DNA of 64,000 nucleotides from contig JACOYH010000004.1 of NCBI GenBank assembly GCA_016181965.1, forward strand, positions 11,761 to 75,760, in the 5' to 3' direction. Numbering within the stretch: the first letter of the stretch is position 1; every line of letters starts with the position of its first letter. The stretch comes from Candidatus Nealsonbacteria bacterium (lineage in GTDB: Bacteria; Patescibacteriota; Minisyncoccia; Minisyncoccales; MHMH01). The position numbers and the translations under genes were made by a program. Shown here one piece after another: positions 1-8,030 of this stretch. The notes beneath the pieces are model-generated. The model was not told the origin of the DNA, made no database searches, and saw only the letters and a program-made list of their open reading frames with translations.

Positions 1-527
1 CGGAAAAAGCCACTGATACCGAAAAAATGAAAGAGATTTTGCAGAATTACAAAGTGGGAGACGTGGTGGATGGAGAAATCACCGGAGTTGTTGATTTTGG
101 CGCTTTTATGAGATTTTTATCTTCCGAATTAGAGGGCTTAATTCACATATCAGAATTGGATTGGCAGCTTATTGAAGACCCGTCGGAGGTTGTGAAAGTC
201 GGCCAAAAAGTTCAGGCAAAAATTATTGAGATTACTTCGGACGGCAGAATTTCTTTATCGCTCAAGGCGCTCAAGCAAGACCCCTGGGAAAATGTTGGAG
301 AACAATTCAAAAAAGGCGATATAATTGAGGGAAAGATTACCAAATTGAATCCCTTTGGCGCTTTTGTTGAAGTCGCCCCAAAAATTCAGGGGCTTGTGCA
401 TATTTCTGAATTCGGCACAAAAGCCAAGATGGAAGAACAGCTAAAGCCCGGCAACGCGTACAAATTCCAAATCACTCAAATAGACCCCAAAGAACATCGC
501 ATGACCCTCAAGCTCGCGATTGAGTAA
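1..527 (+). CDS. S1 RNA-binding domain protein, C-terminal part (frame open to window start; ribosomal protein S1-like)
   Basis: Two S1 repeats (GDVVDGEITGVVDFGAF..., GDIIEGKITKLNPFGAFVEV); no stop upstream of the first ATG in frame. Confidence 0.6.
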   Translation, partial: EKATDTEKMKEILQNYKVGDVVDGEITGVVDFGAFMRFLSSELEGLIHISELDWQLIEDPSEVVKVGQKVQAKIIEITSDGRISLSLKALKQDPWENVGEQFKKGDIIEGKITKLNPFGAFVEVAPKIQGLVHISEFGTKAKMEEQLKPGNAYKFQITQIDPKEHRMTLKLAIE

Positions 528-545
528 GCGAGTAAGTTTTTGCCC

Positions 546-600
546 TTGACAGGGTTTTTATTTTGTGATAAGGTGCTTTATTCAGCACACTTTAGGAGGT
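546..600 (+). promoter_or_regulatory. Sigma70-like promoter (TTGACA-17-TAAGGT) plus AGGAGG ribosome-binding site serving the GC-rich ORF 605-1210
   Basis: TTGACA at 546-551, a -10-like hexamer 17 nt downstream, AGGAGG 5 nt before the ATG. Confidence 0.4.
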
Positions 601-604
601 TGTC

Positions 605-1210
605 ATGGAGTATCTGCACTGTCCAACGTGCCCGGGCTCGCGGCGGAAGGCCCACGACCTCGTCTGCGGCGAATGCTATCGCCGCTGGACCGAGGAAGCG
701 GCGACCGCCCTAGCCGGAGGGAGCTACGTCTCACTCCTGGGCTGGGCGAGCGCGGCCGTTACCGACCTGCTTCCGGCGCTGGAGAGCCAGCGCCAGGAAG
801 CGCAAGCCGGGCTGAATCGCCTCAACGAGACGATTCACGCCGAGGTCGTCGCGGCCCTCCAAAAAGCCGCGAAGGGCGCCACAATCGATCGCACCGTATG
901 GGCGAAGGCCTACAGCGATCGCAAGCAGGCGCTCTGGGCGCAACGCAACGGCAACGCGCTATACGCGCGGGTCAAGACCCTCGAAGGCCGCATCGCCTTC
1001 GGCCGTCACATCCTCGCGGACGCCGCCGCTCACGCTGTCGCAAAGCAGACCGCAGACGAGGCCGCAACCGACGAGGTCGCAACCGCCGAAGCACCCGCGC
1101 CTACTCGCCCGCGCAAGGTCCGGGGCGGCCGCGCCAGCGAGCGCCACGCCGTCCGCGACCTGGTCAACGACGACCCGGCCGTGGACGACGAGGACGGAGA
1201 AGACGCGTAA
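605..1210 (+). CDS. Hypothetical GC-rich protein with N-terminal CxxC...CxxC zinc ribbon; compositionally foreign
   Basis: About 68 percent GC against a 45 percent background; 201 aa ORF; strong promoter/RBS upstream and hairpin terminator downstream. Confidence 0.55.
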   Translation: MEYLHCPTCPGSRRKAHDLVCGECYRRWTEEAATALAGGSYVSLLGWASAAVTDLLPALESQRQEAQAGLNRLNETIHAEVVAALQKAAKGATIDRTVWAKAYSDRKQALWAQRNGNALYARVKTLEGRIAFGRHILADAAAHAVAKQTADEAATDEVATAEAPAPTRPRKVRGGRASERHAVRDLVNDDPAVDDEDGEDA

Positions 1211-1225
1211 TCTTCTCCTCCGCAC

Positions 1226-1262
1226 AAAAGGCCCCGAAGTCACACGACTTTCGGGGCCTTTC
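1226..1262. terminator. GC-rich hairpin followed by T-run (rho-independent terminator, possibly bidirectional)
   Basis: ggccccgaagtc...gactttcggggcc stem flanked by A/T runs. Confidence 0.55.
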
Positions 1263-2035
1263 CATTGAGGGATTTCGTAAATCCCTCACTTCTTCACTCT
1301 ATAAACATTTTTTTAATATCGTGTGTATTTTTTTCGTAATATTTCAGCCAATTTATAAAAAAATCCTTGTATTCTTTTGGATCCTCAAAAAATCTATGCA
1401 TAAATTCATAATCTATTATAGATGGAAAATTTTTAATCCCCCACCAATCCATATGACCAGACCAACGATAATTTTCTAAAAATTTTAGGGCAGTTTTAAT
1501 TTCTGGATCCGTTAAACCTTTTTCTTTCCATTTATGCTTCCATAAATCCAGAGGATTAGAATGAATATAACAAATTAACTGGAGCGCCTGCGTGTCGTTT
1601 TCTACTAAAACCTTCTTATATCTTCCTTGAAATAATGCCCCGCTCCTCTCGTATTTAGTATTAAAAAAATTAGCTAAACCTACACCGATCTTTCTATGAA
1701 ACAAGGCGAGGCTCCCATCTTTTATCGGTGAGGAAAAAAAATGGTAATGATTTGGCATAAAACACCAAGCTCCCATACTAACTAAAATTTCTCTCATCTC
1801 TTTCTCTGCGCCCTCCGGCGATTTGAGGGATTTCGTAAATCCCTCAAATCGCCGATCGAGGTTAACGACAGAATTAATATTATTAAACTCATAAAGATCG
1901 TGTGCCCCCCGAAGGTAATCTAAATTATCCAAGAATATTTTTCTTTTTTCCACGCCTCTATTATAAGTATGATAAAACTCCATAGGGTTATAACAGTCTA
2001 CCAAAGATTGAGGGATTTCGTAAATCCCTCAGTTA
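1262..2035 (-). mobile_element. IS200/IS605- or RAYT-like element: Y1 HuH transposase gene flanked by identical palindromes
   Basis: GAGGGATTTCGTAAATCCCTC at 1267-1287 and 2010-2030, plus an extended 39-bp copy inside the gene at 1816-1854. Confidence 0.6.
1294..1983 (-). CDS. Y1 (HuH) tyrosine transposase, IS200-like / REP-associated (RAYT-like)
   Basis: N-terminal YHTYNRG, HuH motif MPNHYHF, C-terminal LFQGRY...ICYIHSNPL; ATG at 1983 preferred over the upstream TTG at 2004. Confidence 0.7.
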   Translation of the reverse strand: MEFYHTYNRGVEKRKIFLDNLDYLRGAHDLYEFNNINSVVNLDRRFEGFTKSLKSPEGAEKEMREILVSMGAWCFMPNHYHFFSSPIKDGSLALFHRKIGVGLANFFNTKYERSGALFQGRYKKVLVENDTQALQLICYIHSNPLDLWKHKWKEKGLTDPEIKTALKFLENYRWSGHMDWWGIKNFPSIIDYEFMHRFFEDPKEYKDFFINWLKYYEKNTHDIKKMFIE

Positions 2036-2085
2036 GAAGTTTGAATTAGAAAATGTTTTATGGTAAGATTAAATAAAATTTAATT

Positions 2086-3918
2086 ATGAAAAATCTTTTG
2101 AGAAATTTCGTTTTTGTTATTTTAATATTCCTTAGTATTTCGGCGATTTTTGCTTTGGTCTACCAGCCGTTCGAGGAAATAAAACAACTGCCCTTGACCC
2201 AGCTGGCTCAAGATGTGAATGAAGGCAGGATTCAAAAAATCGTCGTTGAGGGTAACAATGTAACAATCACCTACCTTGACGCCAGCAATGCTCAAACCAA
2301 GAAAGAAACGGAGACAGCCCTTTCGCAATCGCTGAACAATTACGGCGTGGACAAAGAAAAACTGCGCGCGGTGCAAATAGAAACAAAAGAAGACAGGGGC
2401 TTGGCTTTCTGGATGGGGCCGATATCTTTATTTCTTTTTCCTCTGTTAATTTTCGGGGTATTTTTTTGGCTCATTTTCAGGCAGGCAAGAGCCGGGGCCT
2501 CGCAGGCATTCACCTTTTCTAAAGCAGGAGCCCGACTTTTCGGCGCCGAAGGACACCCGAAGGAAAAAATCACCTTTAAGGATGTGGCTAACCTCGTTGA
2601 AGCCAAAGAAGAACTCAAAGAGATTGTTGATTTTTTAAAAAATCCAAAAAAATTTCTGGATATGGGCGCTCGTATTCCGAGAGGCGTTCTTTTAATGGGT
2701 CCCCCGGGAACCGGCAAAACCTTGCTTGCCAGAGCCGTGGCTGGCGAAGCCCATGTGCCATTTTTTCACATTTCCGGTTCCGAATTCGTAGAAATGTTCG
2801 TGGGCGTGGGAGCGGCTAGAGTAAGAGACCTATTTAGCACCGCCAAAAAAGCGGCCCCTTCCATACTTTTTATAGACGAGCTTGACGCTGTGGGCAGGCA
2901 CCGAGGCACGGGCATTGGCGGAGGCCACGACGAAAGGGAGCAAACATTAAACCAAATTCTAACGGAAATGGACGGTTTTGAGAGGGATACCAATGTTATA
3001 GTGTGCGCAGCAACCAACCGCCCCGATGTTTTAGACCCCGCGCTTTTGAGGCCCGGCCGCTTTGACCGAAGGGTAGTGATTGACCTGCCCGACGTTAACA
3101 GCCGAGAGGAGATTTTAAAAATTCATTCTATAGGCAAACCGCTCGCTCCCAATGCTCATCTCCGAGAAATCGCCGAACGCACTCCGGGATTTTCCGGGGC
3201 CGATTTAGCCAACCTGATGAACGAGGCCGCGATTTTGGCTGCCCGGCAAAACAAAAAACAAATATTCCAACACGAACTTTTAGAATCAATTGACAAGGTG
3301 CTTTTGGGGCCGGAAAGAAGAAGCCATATCTTGTCTCAAGATGAAAAGAAAATCGCCGCTTACCACGAGGCAGGCCATGCCTTGGTCGCCACTTCCCTGC
3401 CCGGGGCCGAACCAGTCAGAAAGGTATCTATCATCGCCAGAGGCAGAGCGGCCGGATACACCCTGAAACTTCCCGCTCAAGAAAGGCACCTTAAGAACCG
3501 CAGCGAATTTATGTCGGAACTCTCTTCGCTGCTGGGCGGTTTCTGCGCGGAAAAATTGGTTTTTGGCGATATCACTACCGGCGCCTCAAATGATTTAGAA
3601 AAGGCCTCGGCCTTAGCCAGAAAATTAGTCAAAGAATACGGCATGTCAGAAAAATTAGGGCCCATTGCCTTTGGCGAGAAAGAAGAGTTGGTTTTTTTGG
3701 GCAAGGAACTGGGCGAGCAGAGAAACTACTCCGAGCAAGTAGCGGCTAAGATTGACGAGGAAGTTGCGTCGTTTATCGGAGACGCTCAAAAGAGGGCTCA
3801 ACAAGTCCTAAAAAGCAAAAGAAAAATGTTGGACAAAATCGCAAAAGCCCTAACGGAAAAAGAAACCATCGAAAGAGAAGAATTTGAAAAACTAGTCGGG
3901 ATCAAGCGAACAGTTTAA
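2086..3918 (+). CDS. ftsH: ATP-dependent zinc metalloprotease FtsH
   Basis: N-terminal TM segments, Walker [12 protein letters not shown] box, HEAGHA zinc motif. Confidence 0.95.
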   Translation: MKNLLRNFVFVILIFLSISAIFALVYQPFEEIKQLPLTQLAQDVNEGRIQKIVVEGNNVTITYLDASNAQTKKETETALSQSLNNYGVDKEKLRAVQIETKEDRGLAFWMGPISLFLFPLLIFGVFFWLIFRQARAGASQAFTFSKAGARLFGAEGHPKEKITFKDVANLVEAKEELKEIVDFLKNPKKFLDMGARIPRGVLLMGPPGTGKTLLARAVAGEAHVPFFHISGSEFVEMFVGVGAARVRDLFSTAKKAAPSILFIDELDAVGRHRGTGIGGGHDEREQTLNQILTEMDGFERDTNVIVCAATNRPDVLDPALLRPGRFDRRVVIDLPDVNSREEILKIHSIGKPLAPNAHLREIAERTPGFSGADLANLMNEAAILAARQNKKQIFQHELLESIDKVLLGPERRSHILSQDEKKIAAYHEAGHALVATSLPGAEPVRKVSIIARGRAAGYTLKLPAQERHLKNRSEFMSELSSLLGGFCAEKLVFGDITTGASNDLEKASALARKLVKEYGMSEKLGPIAFGEKEELVFLGKELGEQRNYSEQVAAKIDEEVASFIGDAQKRAQQVLKSKRKMLDKIAKALTEKETIEREEFEKLVGIKRTV

Positions 3919-3968
3919 TCTTGAAATAAGGCGCTAAGGATGGTATAAACATTCTATTGCGCGTGCCC

Positions 3969-4042
3969 GGGCGTGTAGCTCAGCTGGTTAGAGCACGGCT
4001 CTTATAAAGCCGGGGTCGATGGTTCGAGTCCATCCACGCCCA
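3969..4042 (+). tRNA. tRNA with anticodon TAT (Ile-type, reads AUA)
   Basis: Cloverleaf gggcgtg...cacgccc acceptor, anticodon loop cttataa, T-loop ttcgagt. Confidence 0.75.
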
Positions 4043-4072
4043 CCCTTTCGGCACGGCTCAGGGCAAGCAAGG

Positions 4073-4143
4073 GCGGTTGGCGCAGTTGGTTAGCGCGCAA
4101 CATTGACATTGTTGAGGTCACAGGTTCGAATCCTGTACCGCCC
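4073..4143 (+). tRNA. tRNA-Val (GAC)
   Basis: Acceptor gggcggt/accgccc, anticodon loop ttgacat, T-loop ttcgaat. Confidence 0.8.
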
Positions 4144-4145
4144 AC

Positions 4146-4763
4146 ATGGAAATTATTTACGAAGACGAGAACGTCAGGGCGCTGAATAAACCGGCTGGGG
4201 TCGATGTTGAAAGCGTAAATAGAAGAGTTCACCGGTTAGACAAGGACACTTCAGGGGTCTTTTTGACCGCTAAAAATGAAGAGACGCTTGACTTTCTTCA
4301 GAAACAGTTTAAAGATAGAAAGGCGGAAAAAACATATCTCGCGCTGATAACTGGAAACATTAAAAACAAACAGGGCAAAATCGAGACCCTCTTGGGCCGC
4401 TCCCCCGGCGACAGGCGCAAACAGAGAATATTTCTGGCACACGAGCCGGCAGCCATAGGGAAAAGGGAAGCAGTTACAGAATATAATGTTTTGGAAAGTT
4501 TTTCCGGCTACGATTTAGTTGAGGTTAGGCCCAAAACCGGACGCAAGCACCAAATAAGGGCGCACATGGCTTATTTGGGACATCCCATCGCTGGCGACAA
4601 ATTATACGGCTTCAAGGGGCAAGCCCTACCCGAGGGACTCGCGAGGCAATTCCTTCATGCCAGCGCCCTGAAAATAACATTGCCCAACGGACAAATAAAA
4701 GAATTTAAATCAGAGTTACCTAACGATTTAAAAGTATGTCTACAAAAACTGAAAACTTCATAA
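4146..4763 (+). CDS. RluA-family pseudouridine synthase (short form)
   Basis: [10 protein letters not shown] catalytic motif, NKPAG motif. Confidence 0.75.
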   Translation: MEIIYEDENVRALNKPAGVDVESVNRRVHRLDKDTSGVFLTAKNEETLDFLQKQFKDRKAEKTYLALITGNIKNKQGKIETLLGRSPGDRRKQRIFLAHEPAAIGKREAVTEYNVLESFSGYDLVEVRPKTGRKHQIRAHMAYLGHPIAGDKLYGFKGQALPEGLARQFLHASALKITLPNGQIKEFKSELPNDLKVCLQKLKTS

Positions 4764-5137
4764 AGACGCAATTAAAGACCATTCTCCCCGATATCAGACC
4801 GGGAGATACTGTTCGCGTGCACCAAAAAATAAAAGAAAAAGACAAGGAAAGGATTCAGGTTTTCGAGGGCTTGGTTATTGCCAGAAGGCACGGCAAGGAA
4901 GCCGGCGCGACAATCACGGTCAGAAAGGTCGTTTCCGGCGTAGGAGTTGAGAAAATCATTCCCGTCCACTCGCCCGTGATTGATAAAATTGAAACAGTAA
5001 AGCGCGGCAAAGTCAGAAGAGCCAAGCTTTATTACATCAGAGAAGCCAAGGGAAGAAAGGCGCGCTTGAAAAAACAGGACTTTGCCGAGGCATTGCCAGT
5101 GGAACAACCGGCCGAAGAACCAAAAGTTGAAGAATAA
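4736..5137 (+). CDS. rplS: 50S ribosomal protein L19
   Basis: [31 protein letters not shown] signature; Lys-rich C-terminal tail. Confidence 0.9.
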   Translation: MSTKTENFIKTQLKTILPDIRPGDTVRVHQKIKEKDKERIQVFEGLVIARRHGKEAGATITVRKVVSGVGVEKIIPVHSPVIDKIETVKRGKVRRAKLYYIREAKGRKARLKKQDFAEALPVEQPAEEPKVEE

Positions 5138-5140
5138 AAT

Positions 5141-5222
5141 GCGCGGGTGGTGAAATTGGCAAACACGCCACTTTGAGGTGGTGGTGCCGTAAGGCTTGGA
5201 GGTTCGAGTCCTCTCCCGCGCA
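5141..5222 (+). tRNA. tRNA-Leu (GAG), type II with long variable arm
   Basis: Acceptor gcgcggg/cccgcgc, anticodon loop ttgaggt, variable hairpin gccgtaaggc. Confidence 0.75.
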
Positions 5223-5230
5223 CCTTATTT

Positions 5231-5668
5231 ATGCTTAACATAAGAAAAATTCGGCCGGCCGATTTGGCAAGCGTTATGGAAATTAACGACAGGGCATTTG
5301 CGAGCCAGCGGCCAGAAACATATTTCCAGCGTCTTCTGCGAAAATACCCCGAGGATTTTTATGTGGCGGAAAAAGATAACGAGGTCGTAGGTTATGTTTT
5401 AGGCCATATCAAAGCCGAAGGCCTTGGCTGGATCAAAATAATAGCCGTGAGACACAGCCATCAGGGTCAGGGCGTTGGCGGCGCAATGATGGAATTTATT
5501 ACTGACAAGCTGAAAGCAGCCGGAGCCCAAAGTATCGGCCTTCACGCCAGAACGGGCAACCAAAAGGGCGCGTCTTTCTATCAGGATATTGGTTTTCAAA
5601 TTATTGAAACACTGCCGCAGTACTATTCCAACGGAGAATCCGCTTATAGGCTGGAAAAGAAAATATAA
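5231..5668 (+). CDS. GNAT family N-acetyltransferase (RimI-like)
   Basis: Acetyl-CoA binding motif HQGQGVGGAMM. Confidence 0.8.
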   Translation: MLNIRKIRPADLASVMEINDRAFASQRPETYFQRLLRKYPEDFYVAEKDNEVVGYVLGHIKAEGLGWIKIIAVRHSHQGQGVGGAMMEFITDKLKAAGAQSIGLHARTGNQKGASFYQDIGFQIIETLPQYYSNGESAYRLEKKI

Positions 5669-5670
5669 CG

Positions 5671-5743
5671 CGGGCAATTAGCTCAGCGGCAGAGCGCGTC
5701 GCTTACATCGACGAGGCCACAGGTTCAAATCCTGTATTGCCCA
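5671..5743 (+). tRNA. tRNA-Val (TAC)
   Basis: Acceptor gggcaat/attgccc, anticodon loop cttacat. Confidence 0.8.
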
Positions 5744-5796
5744 CCCGTCTAACCAATTGAAAAACTCATTAGTTTATATTAGAGTATAGAATAGTT

Positions 5797-5868
5797 GCCG
5801 CGGTAGCTCAGTGGTAGAGCACATCGCTGAAAACGATGGGGTCGCCAGTTCGATCCTGGCCCGCGGCA
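5797..5868 (+). tRNA. tRNA-Phe (GAA)
   Basis: Acceptor gccgcgg/ccgcggc, anticodon loop ctgaaaa. Confidence 0.85.
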
Positions 5869-5885
5869 CATCCAGTTTTGGCTAG

Positions 5886-5928
5886 TTTGGCGGGGCCTGC
5901 CCGCCGAAGCCAGCTATAGCTGGCGAAG
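5886..5928 (+). ncRNA. Structured leader immediately 5' of tRNA-Gly (two hairpins); related element at 31195-31259
   Basis: gcgggg-cct-gcccgcc hairpin, then gccagc-tata-gctggc hairpin, then gaaggcggg running into the tRNA. Confidence 0.4.
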
Positions 5929-5999
5929 GCGGGTGTAGCACAATGGTAGTGCATCTGGTTGCCAATCAGATTACGTGGGTTCGATTCCCATCACCCGCT
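5929..5999 (+). tRNA. tRNA-Gly (GCC)
   Basis: Acceptor gcgggtg/cacccgc, anticodon loop ttgccaa. Confidence 0.8.
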
Positions 6000-6060
6000 C
6001 TATTGACACGCAGGCCTTGATGGTATAGGATGTTAGCAACCCCGAGAGGGGTTTTTAATT

Positions 6061-6537
6061 ATGCCTAAATTACCAAAAGCGAGCGCGGTGCTCGCCTTAA
6101 GCGCGGTATTTATCCTTAATTTTAATGTTTTTACTCCGAAAGCCGACCATGCCCTTAGCCCAGAAGAGGCGGTTTCGGGCATCATAACAATAGAGGGCAC
6201 CAGTCTATCGCCCCACTCCCCGCTTCCTGAACCTAAGATTAGGAAAACGGTCAAAGTAATTGTGACCGCCTACTCTTCCACCATCTGGGAAACCGACGAC
6301 GATCCTTTTACTACTGCCGCCGGAACTTATGTCAGGGACGGCATCGTGGCCAATAATCTGCTACCATTCGGCACGAGGATAAGGATCCCCGATGTTTATG
6401 GCGATAAAATATTTGTGGTAGAAGACCGCATGAACAGAAAAAAGGGCAACTATCATTTTGACGTCTGGTTCCCCAGTTATTGGGAGGCCAAAAACTTCGG
6501 CGCCAAAAACACCTATATAGAAATTTTGGAGAGCTAA
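6061..6537 (+). CDS. Secreted 3D-domain protein (MltA/YuiC-like cell-wall binding domain)
   Basis: Signal peptide; VTAYSS...DDDPFTTAAG...GTRIRIPD...VEDR...HFDVW pattern of a 3D domain. Confidence 0.65.
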   Translation: MPKLPKASAVLALSAVFILNFNVFTPKADHALSPEEAVSGIITIEGTSLSPHSPLPEPKIRKTVKVIVTAYSSTIWETDDDPFTTAAGTYVRDGIVANNLLPFGTRIRIPDVYGDKIFVVEDRMNRKKGNYHFDVWFPSYWEAKNFGAKNTYIEILES

Positions 6538-6541
6538 ATAC

Positions 6542-6628
6542 TGGTGCCCGGGGCGGGACTCGAACCCGCAAGTCATTGCTGACAAGAGATTTTAAGTCTC
6601 TCGTGTATACCAATTCCACCACCCGGGC
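6542..6628 (-). tRNA. tRNA-Leu (TAA), type II, CCA encoded
   Basis: Reverse complement folds: acceptor gcccggg/cccgggc, anticodon loop cttaaaa, long variable arm. Confidence 0.8.
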
Positions 6629-6640
6629 ATGATTTCTATG

Positions 6641-6712
6641 AGGCCTGGGTGGGAATTGAACCCACGTATAGCAGTTTTGCAAACTGCTGCCTTACCACTT
6701 GGCTACCAGGCC
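6641..6712 (-). tRNA. tRNA-Cys (GCA)
   Basis: Acceptor ggcctgg/ccaggcc, anticodon loop ttgcaaa. Confidence 0.8.
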
Positions 6713-6728
6713 ATTGATAGCGCTCTTA

Positions 6729-7691
6729 TTATACCAGTTTTATCACTTTTTTCAATACACTCTCCAGATCGCCTTCCAATTTGAAACCAGCCGCGTAGGG
6801 ATGCCCTCCCCCGCCTAATTCCTTGGCTATTTTCACGACGCTCATTCCACCGCTTGGTTCCGCCCTCAAACTGCCCTTAACCTTGCCTTTTTCATACTCA
6901 ATCAAAAAGAGTCCAAAATTTTTGGGCGAAGCAGACGAAATCATATTGGCAATACCTTCGAAGTCAACAAGGCGCACGCCCAACCGTATAAAATCATGCG
7001 CGCTTAGCCATGAGTAGGCCATGCTCGTCAACTGGTCCAGTTCAACTCTTGAGAGAACCTCGCCCCATGCCTTAGAAATTCTAAGCGACTTATCCGAGGC
7101 CAAAACCTGACGGACTATTTTATTTAGAGAAACACCCGTAAGCAACAGCTCCGAGACAATATTCAGTGTTTGAGCCGAGGTGGAAACATGTTTAAAACCG
7201 CCGCTGTCTGCAATAATGCCCGTCAGCAGGCAGGTGGCTATTTCAGTATCAATAGGGATTTTCTTGTGTGCCAGCCAGTGGTAAATAATTTCTGTAGTGG
7301 AAGAAAAATGCGGCTCAATGACTTTAACATCTCCCCTTTGGTCGCTTTCTATATGATGATCGATGGTTACGATTTTGCAGGAATCTGCCAGGTCCGGGAG
7401 GCGCAACCTCTTGAAATCGCCATAATCAAGACAAATTATAAGGTCGGGTTGCAAAGAGTCGATTTCGTTTTGAATTTCAAAAAAGCCCGGCAAATAGCTA
7501 ATGCCTCTCGATGGAGAATCTGGCAAATACGGAATGCTTTTTTTATTCTGCCGCTTGAAAATATTATGCAGGGTCAACACGGAAGAGACGGCATCCGGGT
7601 CGGGATTCTCGTGAGAAGCAACGCAGATCGTTTTGGCGTTGGCCAGCAAGGCGTCAATTTGTTGGAATTTTTCAATTAGACCTTTAGTCAT
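6729..7691 (-). CDS. nrnA: DHH/DHHA1 phosphoesterase (NrnA-like oligoribonuclease / pAp phosphatase)
   Basis: HENPDPDAVSS and IDHH motifs, GGGH near the C-terminus. Confidence 0.75.
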   Translation of the reverse strand: MTKGLIEKFQQIDALLANAKTICVASHENPDPDAVSSVLTLHNIFKRQNKKSIPYLPDSPSRGISYLPGFFEIQNEIDSLQPDLIICLDYGDFKRLRLPDLADSCKIVTIDHHIESDQRGDVKVIEPHFSSTTEIIYHWLAHKKIPIDTEIATCLLTGIIADSGGFKHVSTSAQTLNIVSELLLTGVSLNKIVRQVLASDKSLRISKAWGEVLSRVELDQLTSMAYSWLSAHDFIRLGVRLVDFEGIANMISSASPKNFGLFLIEYEKGKVKGSLRAEPSGGMSVVKIAKELGGGGHPYAAGFKLEGDLESVLKKVIKLV

Positions 7692-8028
7692 TTTTATCCT
7701 TCATCTCGTCTAATAGCTCTTCAACGCGAGCCGCCTCTACTGTTGCCTGTTCTTCAATAAAAATTATTTTTGGCATTGGGCGCATATTAATTTTTTTGTT
7801 GAGCTTCTGCTGTAGGTTATACAATGCCGTTCTTAATATCGCCAAAACCTCGCCCCCTTTTATCTCCGGCATGGTTGAAATATAGACCCTTGTTTGGATT
7901 AAATTAGAAGATGTCTCCACCCTGGTAATGGTCACTAAAACGCCTTCGGGAAACTCGACTTCCCTGTGTAAAATCTTTCCCAATTCTTTCCGTATTAATT
8001 GGTTGACTCTCGGAATTCTCTCGGCCAT
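7684..8028 (-). CDS. rbfA: Ribosome-binding factor A
   Basis: RVNQLIRKELGKIL...ITRVETSSNLIQTRVYIS signature; directly downstream of infB. Confidence 0.85.
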   Translation of the reverse strand: MAERIPRVNQLIRKELGKILHREVEFPEGVLVTITRVETSSNLIQTRVYISTMPEIKGGEVLAILRTALYNLQQKLNKKINMRPMPKIIFIEEQATVEAARVEELLDEMKDKND

Positions 8029-8030
8029 AA

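Noticed and set aside
605-1210. Possibility that the three GC-rich ORFs are contamination or assembly chimeras
   Set aside because: Each is embedded in contiguous AT-rich host-like flanks with host-style promoters, terminators and neighbouring genes on both sides, so a simple chimera is unlikely. This cannot be excluded without read data, so they are reported as findings rather than dismissed
565-1479. 304-aa plus-strand ORF spanning the GC-rich segment and running into the transposase region
   Set aside because: Alternative reading frame of the GC-rich gene 605-1210 (Arg/Pro/Gly-rich, typical of an off-frame translation of high-GC DNA) that overlaps the minus-strand transposase; no RBS
4002-4232. 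ORFs overlapping tRNA genes (4002-4232, 6332-6682, 6361-6585, 10829-11128, 19861-20058, 31075-31350, 31080-31280)
   Set aside because: They lie across well-folding tRNA genes and have no coding signals; artefacts of six-frame translation
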